Origin: an uncultured delta proteobacterium
GTDB taxonomy: Bacteria; Myxococcota; Myxococcia; Myxococcales; Anaeromyxobacteraceae
Length of the DNA: 64,000 bases
NCBI GenBank assembly: GCA_963814585.1
Contig: CAWFDF010000008.1
Span: 32,001-96,000, forward strand
Direction: 5' to 3'
Part shown: positions 28,768 through 41,609 of the stretch, one piece after another
Layout: every line of letters starts with the position of its first letter
Numbering within the stretch: the stretch's first letter is position 1
Made by a program: the position numbers and the translations under genes
The notes under the pieces: model-generated
Told to the model about the DNA's origin: nothing
Seen by the model: the letters and a program-made list of their open reading frames with translations, nothing else
Databases searched by the model: none

Positions 28768-30097
28768 CAGTAGGCCGCCGACTCCGGCACGAAGTTGGCC
28801 ACCAGGATGGCCGCCGCCATCTTGCGCGGCGCGCCGATGGGCTGCCGAGCCTGGTCGAGCTGCCGGTAGAGCACGGCGCCATCCTGCACCTGGTCGATGT
28901 GGATGAGCAGCCGCCACCCGCCGCGCGCCTGGGAGAAGACCGCCTCGAAGTCGGAGCGCTTGAGGACCCGGGCGGCGCCGTAGGGCTTGCCGTCGATGTC
29001 GGTGCCGGTGTAGCGGACCTCGTCGGCGCCGGCCTCCTCCACCACCACGTTCATCACCCAGACCTCGCCCGGGTGGGGCTGGAGGTGCAGGGGCAGCGGC
29101 GCGGTCGCCGCCCCGCCCCCGCTGAAGTCGACCGCGTCCCCGCCCGGCTCGACCGCCTGGGTGGCCGGCGCGCCGAGGGCCAGCTCCACCACGGCCCGGG
29201 TCCCCGGGAAGTTGGCCAGCTCGAACTTGTCGGACCAGACGTCGCCGTTCGGCCCGATGAGCCGCCCCTTGAAGCGGGTGCCCATCTCCCGGCTGGCCAC
29301 GAAGCGGTAGCGGGTGCCCCCGTACTGGTACTCCTGCACCAGCTCGACCATGGCGTTGGGCGGCAGCATCGCCTCCTCGCCGAAGACCTGGGCCAGCCGG
29401 GCCAGCGTCAGCGCGTTGCGCGGCGCCGGGGTGGCCTCGAGGCTGGCGGGCGGCGTGGCCTGGGGCATGGGCGCCGGGGTGATGACGGGCCTGGTCTCCA
29501 TCTGCGCCAGGGAGGCGACCAGGAATTCCTCGAGCTCGGCCCCGCTCCCGAACTGGCGCAGGTCGAGGGGCGGGAAGCCGGGCGAGACCTCCTGCGGCCG
29601 TCCCCCACCGGCGCCACCCGCGCGACCCGGGCCCCCTCGCCCCCGCCGATGATCTCGAAGGCGTGGCCCGGGGCCTTGACCACGGCGCGGAGCTGGAGCC
29701 GCTCCGGGTCGACGGTCACCTCGAGCCGGAGCGCCCTGAGGCGGGCCGCGACGTCGTCGAGCTGGCCGTGGAGCGCCGCCAGCGCAGCCGCCACCGCCGC
29801 CTCGAAGGCCAGCAGCCGATCGTGCTCGTAGAAGGGGACCCGTCCGAGCGCCGCCAGGGGCGGATCCAGGAAGGTGAGCTTGTCGTGGCCGGACACCACG
29901 AAGCGGGCCCGCGAGATGGTCTGCCCGGTGATCGGGTGGGCCACCCGCCCCGAGGCGAAGCCCAGCTCACCCTCCAGCGTCTCGCGGTCGGCCCCGAGCC
30001 GCACCGGGACCCCGAGCGTGGAGAGCTTGCGCGAGGCGATCTGGTTGAGCCGCTCGCGGGCGATCCGGCCGATGATGGTGTGTTCGCCTTCACCCAT
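28767..30097 (-). CDS. Hypothetical protein (about 440 aa), split by a probable sequencing frameshift at ~29603
   Basis: ORFs 29408-30097 and 28767-29501 join into ...VAPVGGRPQEVSPGFPPLDLRQF...AQMETRPV if one G is added to a G5 run; GC3-rich codons continue across the junction. Confidence 0.7.
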
Positions 30098-30124
30098 GGT
30101 GCATGACCCGCTTCCGGTGCGACT

Positions 30125-31279
30125 CTACACCAGAACACCGCGGGTCAGCAGGTCCCGGCCGATCACCATCCGCTGGATCTCGCTGGTCCCCTCGCCGATC
30201 TCGCACAGCTTGGCGTCCCGGAAGTAGCGCTCCACCGGGAAGTCCTGGGTGTAGCCGTAGCCGCCGTGGATCTGGATGGCCTTGCCGGTGGCGCGCATGG
30301 CCGCCTCGCTGGCGAAGAGCTTCCCCATGGCCGCCTCCCGGCCGAAGCGCTGCCCGGCGTCGCAGAGCGCCGCGGCGCGCCGCACCAGCAGGCGGGCGGC
30401 GTCCATCTCGGTGGCCATGTCGGAGAGCATGAAGGAGATGGCCTGGTGCTCTGCGATGGGCTTGCCGAAGGTCTTCCGCTCCAGCGCGTACTTGCGCGCC
30501 TCCTCCAGGGCCCCGCGCCCCAGCCCGACCGCCAGCGCCCCGATGGTGATCCGGCCGCGGTCCAGGATCTGCAGCGTGTTGATGAAGCCCTGGTGGAGCT
30601 CCCCGATGCGCTGGTCGTCGCCCACCTCGACGTCCTCGAGGTGGAGCTCGGCGGTGTCGGACGACCGCATCCCCAGCTTGTCGTGGATGCGCCGCTGGGT
30701 GAAGCCGGACGCGCCCTTCTCGACCACGAAGGCGGTGGTGCCGTGCTGGGGCCTGGCCGGGTCGGTGATGGCGAGGATGAGGAAGGTGTCGCCCACCGAT
30801 CCCTGGGTGATGAAGGTCTTGGTGCCGTTCAGGACCCAGCGATCGCCCCGGCGGACGGCGCGGGTCCGCATCCCCGAGGCGTCCGAGCCGCTGCCCGGCT
30901 CGGTCAGCCCCCAGGCGGCCAGCTTCTCGCCGCGCGCCAGCGGCGGGATCCAGCGCTGCTTCTGGGCCTCGGAGCCGAACTTGAGGATGTGCCCCTGCCC
31001 CAGCCCGTTGTGGCTGGCCACGGTGAGCGCCAGCGAGCCGTCCCATCGCGCGATCTCCTCGATGACGACGGAGGTGGCCAGGGCGCCCAGCCCGGCGCCG
31101 CCGTAGGCCTCCGGGACGGCGATGCCCAGCAGGCCCATCTCCGCCAGCTGCTTCACCACCGCGAAGGGGAACTCGCCGGTCCGGTCCCAGGCCCGGGCGT
31201 GCGGCGCCACCTCGGCCTGGCACAGCACCCTCACCGTCCGCTGGATCTCGATCAGCTCCTCGGGCAGCTCGAAGTTCAT
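30125..31279 (-). CDS. Acyl-CoA dehydrogenase (isovaleryl/short-branched-chain type, LiuA-like)
   Basis: GLTEPGSGSDA, LNGTKTFIT, KLGMRSSDT, QIHGGYGY and IGEGTSEIQR motifs. Confidence 0.9.
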   Translation of the reverse strand: MNFELPEELIEIQRTVRVLCQAEVAPHARAWDRTGEFPFAVVKQLAEMGLLGIAVPEAYGGAGLGALATSVVIEEIARWDGSLALTVASHNGLGQGHILKFGSEAQKQRWIPPLARGEKLAAWGLTEPGSGSDASGMRTRAVRRGDRWVLNGTKTFITQGSVGDTFLILAITDPARPQHGTTAFVVEKGASGFTQRRIHDKLGMRSSDTAELHLEDVEVGDDQRIGELHQGFINTLQILDRGRITIGALAVGLGRGALEEARKYALERKTFGKPIAEHQAISFMLSDMATEMDAARLLVRRAAALCDAGQRFGREAAMGKLFASEAAMRATGKAIQIHGGYGYTQDFPVERYFRDAKLCEIGEGTSEIQRMVIGRDLLTRGVLV

Positions 31280-31296
31280 GCGCTCTCTCCTGGAAC

Positions 31297-32826
31297 CTAG
31301 ACCGGGGTGACGCCGCGCTTGCGGGACCGGCGCGGCTCGTACCCTTCCGCGTAGAGCCGGTAGCGACGGGCCAGCTCCTCGCGCAGCCCCCGGCCGGGCA
31401 CCACCGCGTCCACCACCAGCTCGCTGGCCAGCTTGAGCAGATCGATGTCCTTCTTGTACTCGTCGCGCAGGGCGGTGACGAAGGCGGGCCGCTCCGCCTC
31501 CGGCTTCTCCTGGATCTTGTTGAAGTAGACGGCGTTGACGGCCGCCTCCGGCCCCATCACGGCGATCATGGCCTCGGGGAGCGCCAGGGTCGCCGACGGG
31601 GCGAAGCCAGGGCCGTCCATGGCGTAGAGCCCGGCGCCGTAGGCCTTGCGGACCACCACGCAGATGCGCGGCACCGTGGCCTCGGAGACCGCGCTGATCA
31701 TCTTGGCCCCGGCCCGGATGATCCCGCCCCGCTCGACCTTGGTGCCGATCATGAAGCCGGGGACGTCGGAGAGGTAGAGCAGCGGGATGTTGAAGGCGTC
31801 GCAGAGCCAGATGAAGCGCGCCGCCTTGTCGGCCGAGTCGATGAAGAGCACCCCGCCCTTCACCTTGGGCTGGTTGGCGACCAGGCCGACCACCCGGCCG
31901 TCGATGCGCGCCAGGCCCGTGACCAGCTCGCCGGCCCAGAGCTTCTTCACCTCCAGGAAGCTGCCCTCGTCCACCAGCGTCTCGATCAGCTCCACCATGT
32001 CGAAGGGGCGGTTCTGGTCGGGCGGGATGATCTCCTCCGGCGTCCGGAGCCCCGGCTTCGGCCCGCGGGACGGCGCCGCCGGGGGCAGCTCCCGGTGGCT
32101 GCGCGGGAAGTAGGTGAACCAGCGACGCGCCAGGGCCAGGGCCTCCTGCTCGGTCTTGACCAGGAAGTCGCCACAGCCTGAGACCGAGCAGTGCATGCGC
32201 GCCCCGCCCAGCTCCTCCAGCGTCACCTTCTCCCCGATCACCATCTCGGCCATGCGAGGCGAGCCGAGGTACATCGAGGCGTTCCCCTCCACCATCACCA
32301 CGATGTCGCAGAAGGCGGGGATGTAGGCGCCGCCCGCCGCCGAGGGACCGAAGAGGAGGCAGATCTGGGGGACGCGACCCGAGAGGTTGACCTCGTTGTA
32401 GAAGATCCGCCCGGCGCCCCGCCGCCCCGGGAACATCTCCACCTGGTCGGTGATGCGCGCGCCGGCCGAGTCGACCAGGTAGAAGAGCGGGAGCCGCTGC
32501 GCCGCCGCGACCTCCTGGATCCTCAGGATCTTCTCGACGGTGCGTGCGCCCCACGAGCCGGCCTTCACCGTCGAGTCGTTGGCCATGACCGCCACCGCCC
32601 GGCCGTCGATGGTCCCCAGCCCGGTCACCACGCCGTCGGCGGGCAGCTCCGGGTCCGTGGCGTTGGCCAGCGCGCCGTCCTCGACGAAGGAGCCGGGATC
32701 GAGCAGCAGGTCCAGGCGCTCGCGGACGAAGAGCTTCCCCTGCTCGCGGTTCTTCAGGTGGTAGCGCTCGGCCCCACCGCGCCGGACCCGCGCCAGCTCC
32801 CCCTCGATCTGCTCGTCACGGTTCAT
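31297..32826 (-). CDS. Acyl-CoA carboxylase carboxyltransferase subunit (methylcrotonyl-CoA carboxylase beta-like)
   Basis: DSTVKAGSWG, VDSAGARI, GPSAAGGAYIP, DVPGFMIG and RKAYGAGLYAM motifs; liu-type context. Confidence 0.88.
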   Translation of the reverse strand: MNRDEQIEGELARVRRGGAERYHLKNREQGKLFVRERLDLLLDPGSFVEDGALANATDPELPADGVVTGLGTIDGRAVAVMANDSTVKAGSWGARTVEKILRIQEVAAAQRLPLFYLVDSAGARITDQVEMFPGRRGAGRIFYNEVNLSGRVPQICLLFGPSAAGGAYIPAFCDIVVMVEGNASMYLGSPRMAEMVIGEKVTLEELGGARMHCSVSGCGDFLVKTEQEALALARRWFTYFPRSHRELPPAAPSRGPKPGLRTPEEIIPPDQNRPFDMVELIETLVDEGSFLEVKKLWAGELVTGLARIDGRVVGLVANQPKVKGGVLFIDSADKAARFIWLCDAFNIPLLYLSDVPGFMIGTKVERGGIIRAGAKMISAVSEATVPRICVVVRKAYGAGLYAMDGPGFAPSATLALPEAMIAVMGPEAAVNAVYFNKIQEKPEAERPAFVTALRDEYKKDIDLLKLASELVVDAVVPGRGLREELARRYRLYAEGYEPRRSRKRGVTPV

Positions 32827-32869
32827 GGTCGTCTCCTTGGATCGCCGGCGGCGGCTGGCCGTCGAGGCG

Positions 32870-33643
32870 TCACTCGCCCGTGAAGACCGGGGCGCGCTTC
32901 TCGGCGAAGGCCGCCAGCGCCTCGCGCCGGTCGGCGGTCGGGATGCAGGCCTGGTAGAGGGCGTTCTCGAGGTCGAGCGCCTCGCGCAGCGGCAGCGACA
33001 GCCCGCGGTCGACGGCCCGCTTGGCCTGCCGCAGCGAGATGGGAGCGTTGCGCGTCACCCGCTGCGCCAGCGCCAGCGCGGCGTCCTGGAGCTCGGGCCC
33101 CGGCACCGCCTGGGTCACCAGCCCCGTGGCCAGGGCCTCGGCGGCGCCGACGCGCCGGGCGGTCAGGATCAGCTCCTTGGCCCGCGCCACCCCGATGACC
33201 CGCGGCAGGCGCTGCGTCCCGCCCGCCCCGGGGATGATGCCGAGGCCGACCTCGGGGAGCGCCAGTTCGGCCCCGTGGGCGGCGACCCGCAGGTCACAGG
33301 CCAGCGCCAGCTCCAGCCCGCCGCCGAGCGCGACGCCGTTGATGGCTGCGATGACCGGCTGCGGCAGCGCCTCGAAGCCGTCGAAGGCGGCGCGGATGGA
33401 CCGGTGGAAGCCGGCCACCGCAGCGTCGTCCATCCTGGCGCGCTCCTTCAGGTCGGCCCCGGCGCAGAAGGCCTTCTCGCCGGCGCCGGTGACGATCACG
33501 GCCCGCAGGGACCGGTCGGCCGCGGCTCGGCCCTGGTGCTCGATCAGCTCGCGGAGGAGCGCGACGGTCAGTGAGTTGCGGCGTGGCTCGCCGAGGATGG
33601 TCCACCGCTCGATGGCACCGATCCGCTCGACGCTCCACTCCAT
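32870..33643 (-). CDS. Enoyl-CoA hydratase (methylglutaconyl-CoA hydratase, LiuC-like)
   Basis: FCAGADLKER, ALGGGLELALACD and PEVGLGIIPGAGGTQRLPR motifs. Confidence 0.88.
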   Translation of the reverse strand: MEWSVERIGAIERWTILGEPRRNSLTVALLRELIEHQGRAAADRSLRAVIVTGAGEKAFCAGADLKERARMDDAAVAGFHRSIRAAFDGFEALPQPVIAAINGVALGGGLELALACDLRVAAHGAELALPEVGLGIIPGAGGTQRLPRVIGVARAKELILTARRVGAAEALATGLVTQAVPGPELQDAALALAQRVTRNAPISLRQAKRAVDRGLSLPLREALDLENALYQACIPTADRREALAAFAEKRAPVFTGE

Positions 33644-33644
33644 G

Positions 33645-35960
<2,316 letters not shown>

Positions 35961-35990
35961 GCGAGACCTCCACCCACCCTCGGGGGGGTG

Positions 35991-36020
35991 AAACTAGCGG
36001 GCGCCCGTCGACCTTGTCAA
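35991..36020 (-). promoter_or_regulatory. Putative sigma70 promoter of thiC
   Basis: TTGACA-N18-TAGTTT ending 30 nt before the ATG; GGAGG RBS. Confidence 0.6.
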
Positions 36021-36078
36021 CGAACGCCCGCGAGAACTTTCGCTTGGAGCGGCGGCCTGTTCCCGGGCGCCGCCGCGG

Positions 36079-37459
<1,381 letters not shown>

Positions 37460-37491
37460 CCGGATTCGGCGGCGCGGCGGCGCGCGCCGGA

Positions 37492-37659
37492 TCAGTCGAG
37501 GTCGATGATGACCACGCCGTGGCCGGGGCGCTCCGGCTCGCGTTCGACGGGGCGCTGATCGGGAGGAGCTGGCAGCGGCAGCTCGGCCACCGGGCGCTCC
37601 TCGCGCTCCGGCCGCCGCTCGCGCCGCTTGATCTCCTCGATGACGTAGGCGTCCAGCAT
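37492..37659 (-). CDS. Small hypothetical protein (55 aa)
   Basis: AGGA RBS then MLDAYVIEEIKRRERRPE...GHGVVIIDLD; GC3-rich codon usage. Confidence 0.7.
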   Translation of the reverse strand: MLDAYVIEEIKRRERRPEREERPVAELPLPAPPDQRPVEREPERPGHGVVIIDLD

Positions 37660-37861
37660 GGTCTGGTCCTGCGCTCCGATCACTTCGGTTCATCCTGCAT
37701 CCGCCGCCCCAGCCGTTCAGACGGGCCACCCCGGCCGCCTTCTTCACTCGCGCCCATCCCTCGATACCGGTGGTGACTTCCCGTGTCATCAGGCGGGCTT
37801 GCGAGACTCGCCACCATCCCGTGCTGAAAGCATAGCGCATCCGCGCTGAACCGACAGTCCC

Positions 37862-38326
37862 TCAGCTGGTGCCCCGAACGGGCCGCCCCAGCCCCTCGGC
37901 GCGTGCCTTGAACGCCTCCAGGGTCTTCGGCAGCTGGACCCGTGTCATCTCGTCGGTGAGCTTGTCGATCACCGCCTGCGGGATGAGGGGCGGCTTCGAG
38001 ATCTGGATGTCGACGGAGTACAGGGCGCGGGTCGCGCTCCCCTCGAGCGCCAGGTCCCAGGAGCCGTTGGACACCTTGAGGGCGTCGCCGGTGACCAGGG
38101 TCCAGGCGACCCTGGTGGGGCGCTCCTCGACGTGGCGAAGCACGTACTTGATCCGCTTCAGGCCGAGGTCCAGCTCGTACTCCACGTGCCGCTCGCCCTT
38201 CCCCGGCAGCACCCGGCACGCCCTGATGCCCGGCACGAACTCCGGATAGCGTGGGTAGTCGATCAGCACGTCGAAGAGGCGATCCGGGGTGCAGGCGATC
38301 ACCACCTCCTTCGAGACCTCGGCCAT
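37862..38326 (-). CDS. SRPBCC/START-domain protein (Coq10/RatA-like)
   Basis: V.I...PDRLFDVLIDYPRYPEFVPG motif; NGSWDL. Confidence 0.85.
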   Translation of the reverse strand: MAEVSKEVVIACTPDRLFDVLIDYPRYPEFVPGIRACRVLPGKGERHVEYELDLGLKRIKYVLRHVEERPTRVAWTLVTGDALKVSNGSWDLALEGSATRALYSVDIQISKPPLIPQAVIDKLTDEMTRVQLPKTLEAFKARAEGLGRPVRGTS

Positions 38327-38376
38327 GGCGTCCTCTCCCTCTGCACCGGCGGCGCCTCGGGCGTCCCGGTCCTCGT

Positions 38377-38790
38377 TCAGCGGCTCTCCAGCGCCTCTCC
38401 GGCCGAGAGGCGGTTCACCAGCTCCTCGGGCAGCCGCCGCACCTTGCCCTCGGGATCGATGCAGGCGTGCACGGTCCGCCCCGTGGCCAGCACCTGCTCG
38501 TCGTCGCGGACCAGGCGATAGGTGAAGCTGGCGGAGGCGCGCCGGATCTCGGCGAGCGAGGTCTCCAGGCGGAGGAGGTCGTCATAGCGGGCGGGCGCCA
38601 GGTACCGGACGCTGGCCTCGGTCACCGGGAGCAGCAGCGAGTAGCTCTCCTCGAAATCCCGGTAGCGCAACCCCTTGGCGCGGATGAACTCGCCCCGCCC
38701 GGCCTCGAAGAAGCGGAGGTAGTTGGCGTAGTAGACGAAGCCCATCTGATCGGTGTCACCGTAGATGACGCGCAGCTGGGTCGCGACCAC
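38377..38790 (-). CDS. Acyl-CoA thioesterase (YbgC/4HBT hot-dog family)
   Basis: RVIYGDTDQMGFVYYANYLRFFE motif. Confidence 0.88.
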   Translation of the reverse strand: MVATQLRVIYGDTDQMGFVYYANYLRFFEAGRGEFIRAKGLRYRDFEESYSLLLPVTEASVRYLAPARYDDLLRLETSLAEIRRASASFTYRLVRDDEQVLATGRTVHACIDPEGKVRRLPEELVNRLSAGEALESR

Positions 38791-38792
38791 GT

Positions 38793-40115
38793 CTACACCG
38801 TCTCGATGCGGATGAGGCGGGTCCGGTCGAGCGTCGCTGGGTGGCCGTCGATCTCGGCGATGGCCGCCTGGATGTCGGCCTCCTGCGCCTGATGGGTGAC
38901 GAAGACCAGCGGGACCGGCGCCGAGGCGTCGGCCTGCTCGCGCTGCTGCACCGCGGCCACCGAGATTCGCCGCGCCGCCAGCGTCGAGGCGATGCGGGCC
39001 AGCACGCCCGGCTCGTCCTTCACCGAGACGTGCAGGTAGTAGGCGCAGCGGATCTGGCTGTGGGGCCGGAGCTCGACCTGCGCCTGCTCCGGGGGCAGCG
39101 GCACCCGCCCCGGGCTGCCGGCCAGGATGTTGCGGGTGAGATCGATGATGTCCGAGACCACGGCGCTGCCGGTCGGCATGGCGCCGGCGCCCTGCCCGTA
39201 GAGCATGGACGTCCCCAGCGACTCGGACTGGAGCACCACCGCGTTCATGGCCCCGCGCACCCCGGCCATCAGGGAGGCCTGCGGGATGAAGGCCGGGTGG
39301 ACCCGGGCCTCGATCAGGTCCTTGCCGCCGGGGCCCGCCCCGCCCGGCTCGCAGCGCCGGGCCACCGCCAGCAGCTTGAGCGTGTACCCGAACTCGCGCC
39401 CCCAGCGGAAGTCGTCCGGTGAGAGCCGCATGATGCCCTCGGTGAGCACGTCCTTGGGCTCCAGCCTGGCGCCGAAGGCCAGCTGCGCCAGCACGCAGAG
39501 CTTCTGGGCCGCGTCCCCGCCGGAGACGTCGAGGGTGGGATCCGCCTCGGCGTAGCCGAGCCGCTGGGCCTCGGCCAGGACCGGCCCGATGGCCTCGCCC
39601 CGCTCCGCCATGGCGGTGAGGATGAAGTTGGTGGTCCCGTTGACGATGCCGACCAGGCCGTTGATCCGGTCCGACGCCAGCGACTCGCGCAGGGTCCGGA
39701 TGATGGGCACGCCACCGCAGACCGCCGCCTCGTAGTAGACGTCGACGCTGCGGGCGCGGGCCAGCTTGAAGATCTCCTGTCCGCGGGCCGCCAGCAGGGC
39801 CTTGTTGGCCGTGACCACGTGCTTGCCGCGCGAGAGCGCCCCGGTCACCAGCGCGAAGGCCTCGTCGACCCCGCCCATCAGCTCCACCACCACCTCGATG
39901 CCAGGGTCCTCGAGCAGGTCCTCGACGCGGGTGGTCAGCAGCCCCGGCGGCACCTCGAGCACCCTGCTCTTGCCGGCGTCGCGCAGCGCCACCCGCTTCA
40001 CGGCGAGGCGCGCACCGAGGCGCGCCTCGATGTCGCCGGCGTGGCGGCGCAGGATCGAGAGCACCCCGCCCCCGACCGTGCCGAACCCCGCAATCCCGAT
40101 CCCCACCTCGCGCAT
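38793..40115 (-). CDS. hom: Homoserine dehydrogenase with C-terminal ACT domain
   Basis: GFGTVGGG, HVVTANKA, YEAAVCGGVP, GIVNGTTNFIL, GYAEADP, GAGAMPTGSAV; ACT motif DEPGVLARI. Confidence 0.93.
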   Translation of the reverse strand: MREVGIGIAGFGTVGGGVLSILRRHAGDIEARLGARLAVKRVALRDAGKSRVLEVPPGLLTTRVEDLLEDPGIEVVVELMGGVDEAFALVTGALSRGKHVVTANKALLAARGQEIFKLARARSVDVYYEAAVCGGVPIIRTLRESLASDRINGLVGIVNGTTNFILTAMAERGEAIGPVLAEAQRLGYAEADPTLDVSGGDAAQKLCVLAQLAFGARLEPKDVLTEGIMRLSPDDFRWGREFGYTLKLLAVARRCEPGGAGPGGKDLIEARVHPAFIPQASLMAGVRGAMNAVVLQSESLGTSMLYGQGAGAMPTGSAVVSDIIDLTRNILAGSPGRVPLPPEQAQVELRPHSQIRCAYYLHVSVKDEPGVLARIASTLAARRISVAAVQQREQADASAPVPLVFVTHQAQEADIQAAIAEIDGHPATLDRTRLIRIETV

Positions 40116-40117
40116 GC

Positions 40118-40693
40118 TCACGGGCTCCCCCGGCGGTAGGCGTGGAGGACCGCCCGCAGCTGCGGGACCGCCGTTCCGTTCCTGACCGTGATGACCTCGA
40201 TGCGCACCGGCCCCACGCCCGGTGCGTAGCTGATCTCGTTGATGAGCTCGGTGTCGGCGGCGGCGCGGGTGTTGGCGCGGACCCGGACGCAGCCCTCGAA
40301 GGTGCCGGCGGGGGTCGTCACCCGCTCGCCCACGGCCACGATCTCGTAGTTCTCGGTGGACTGGGGGGAGAGCACCGAGCTCCAGCGGGTGCCCACGGCG
40401 ATGGGGCCACACAGCAGCGAGCGCGAGCGATCCTGGAGGCAGGCGCCGACTCGCAGCTCCCCGCGGGCGCTGTCCCGGTAGTAGCCGTCGGCGGTCAGCT
40501 CCAGCACGCGCACGGTCCGGAGGGGCGCGGCGCCGGCCGGCAGCTGCGGGCTCCGGTCCTCCCAGGTCCACTCGGCGCCGACCGCGAGCGGGTAGTAGTC
40601 GCCCGGCCGGGAGCCGGCTCCGGCGGTGGGGGGCGCGTGGGCACAGCCCACCACCGAGGTGAGAAGCGACAGGACCAGCGCCGATCGGATCAT
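40118..40693 (-). CDS. Hypothetical lipoprotein (DUF3108-like beta protein)
   Basis: Lipobox VVG-C; DYYPLAVGAEWTW, VTTPAGTF and YAPGVG motifs. Confidence 0.65.
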   Translation of the reverse strand: MIRSALVLSLLTSVVGCAHAPPTAGAGSRPGDYYPLAVGAEWTWEDRSPQLPAGAAPLRTVRVLELTADGYYRDSARGELRVGACLQDRSRSLLCGPIAVGTRWSSVLSPQSTENYEIVAVGERVTTPAGTFEGCVRVRANTRAAADTELINEISYAPGVGPVRIEVITVRNGTAVPQLRAVLHAYRRGSP

Positions 40694-40713
40694 GGGGAGC
40701 ATTGTAGCCTCGT

Positions 40714-41595
40714 TCACTGGCGAGGCGCCGGATTCCTCGGCGCCGGCGCGGCCCGGCGGAGGTCGTCGAGGGCCTCGGCGGCGATCTCGCGGACGCGAGG
40801 ATCGGGGTGGGATGCCTCGAGCACCAGCAGCCAGCCCTCGGCGTCCCGGCCGCCGATGTCGCCGACGATCCGGGCCATCCTGAGGGTGAGCGCGGGATCT
40901 CCTCCGCGGCAGAGATCGATCAGCGCCGGCACCGCCCTGGGATCCCTGATCTGCGCGAGGGCCCCGACGGCCCGGTGGGCCACCCTGGGGTCGCCGTCGC
41001 GCAGCCGCTCGATGAGGGCCGGGACCCCGGCCGTGACCCCGCGCTCCCCGAGCGCCTGGACGGCCTGCCCGCGCACCCGGGCGTCCGGGGAGCCCAGATC
41101 CGCGATCAGGGCCTCGTCGGACTTCACCTCCGCGGCCACGCTCACCCGAAGGGCCCGGACCGCCTCTCCCACCGCGCCGACCAGGGCCTGCCTGACGGCC
41201 GCTGGCGGGCCCCCGGCGCCCACCGCCTCCGAGGCTCGGCCGCTCTCCTTGTGGGGGGGCTCGCCGCTCCGGGTCGGCGCCAGCTCGACCTCCACGGCCA
41301 GCTCGGCCTGCAGTCCCTGGCCGCCGGCGAGGGGGAGGACGCGCAGGGCCACCACGTCGATCCGGGCCACGAAGGCCCGGGCGGTGGCCGGCCCGAGCCG
41401 GAACCCGGCGTCCGCCAGGGCGGCGCGGGTGATGGCCTCGACCGCGGCGCCGTCGAGCCCCACCTCGCCGACGGCGTCGGAGAGCGCCGCTCCGACCTTC
41501 ACCTCGACGACGCTCGGGGGCGGGACCTTCTGGCAGGCCGCGCCGGCCACCGCGACGGCCAGCGCGAGCCCGAGGCCTCCCCGGGCGCGTCCCAT
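40714..41595 (-). CDS. HEAT-repeat lipoprotein
   Basis: Lipobox GAA-C; PBS/HEAT repeats (LIADLGSPDARVRGQAVQALGE, VPALIERLRDGDPRVAHRAVGALAQI). Confidence 0.75.
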   Translation of the reverse strand: MGRARGGLGLALAVAVAGAACQKVPPPSVVEVKVGAALSDAVGEVGLDGAAVEAITRAALADAGFRLGPATARAFVARIDVVALRVLPLAGGQGLQAELAVEVELAPTRSGEPPHKESGRASEAVGAGGPPAAVRQALVGAVGEAVRALRVSVAAEVKSDEALIADLGSPDARVRGQAVQALGERGVTAGVPALIERLRDGDPRVAHRAVGALAQIRDPRAVPALIDLCRGGDPALTLRMARIVGDIGGRDAEGWLLVLEASHPDPRVREIAAEALDDLRRAAPAPRNPAPRQ

Positions 41596-41609
41596 GCCCT
41601 CCCTCCGGA

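Noticed and set aside
37765..37825. Fluoride riboswitch or hammerhead ribozyme upstream of enolase (GAUGGUG...CUGAUGACAC)
   Set aside because: The pseudoknot gives only about 3 bp, the loop length and 3' end do not fit, there is no GAAA hammerhead core, and eno has its own promoter-like sequence. Kept only as an unassigned structured leader.
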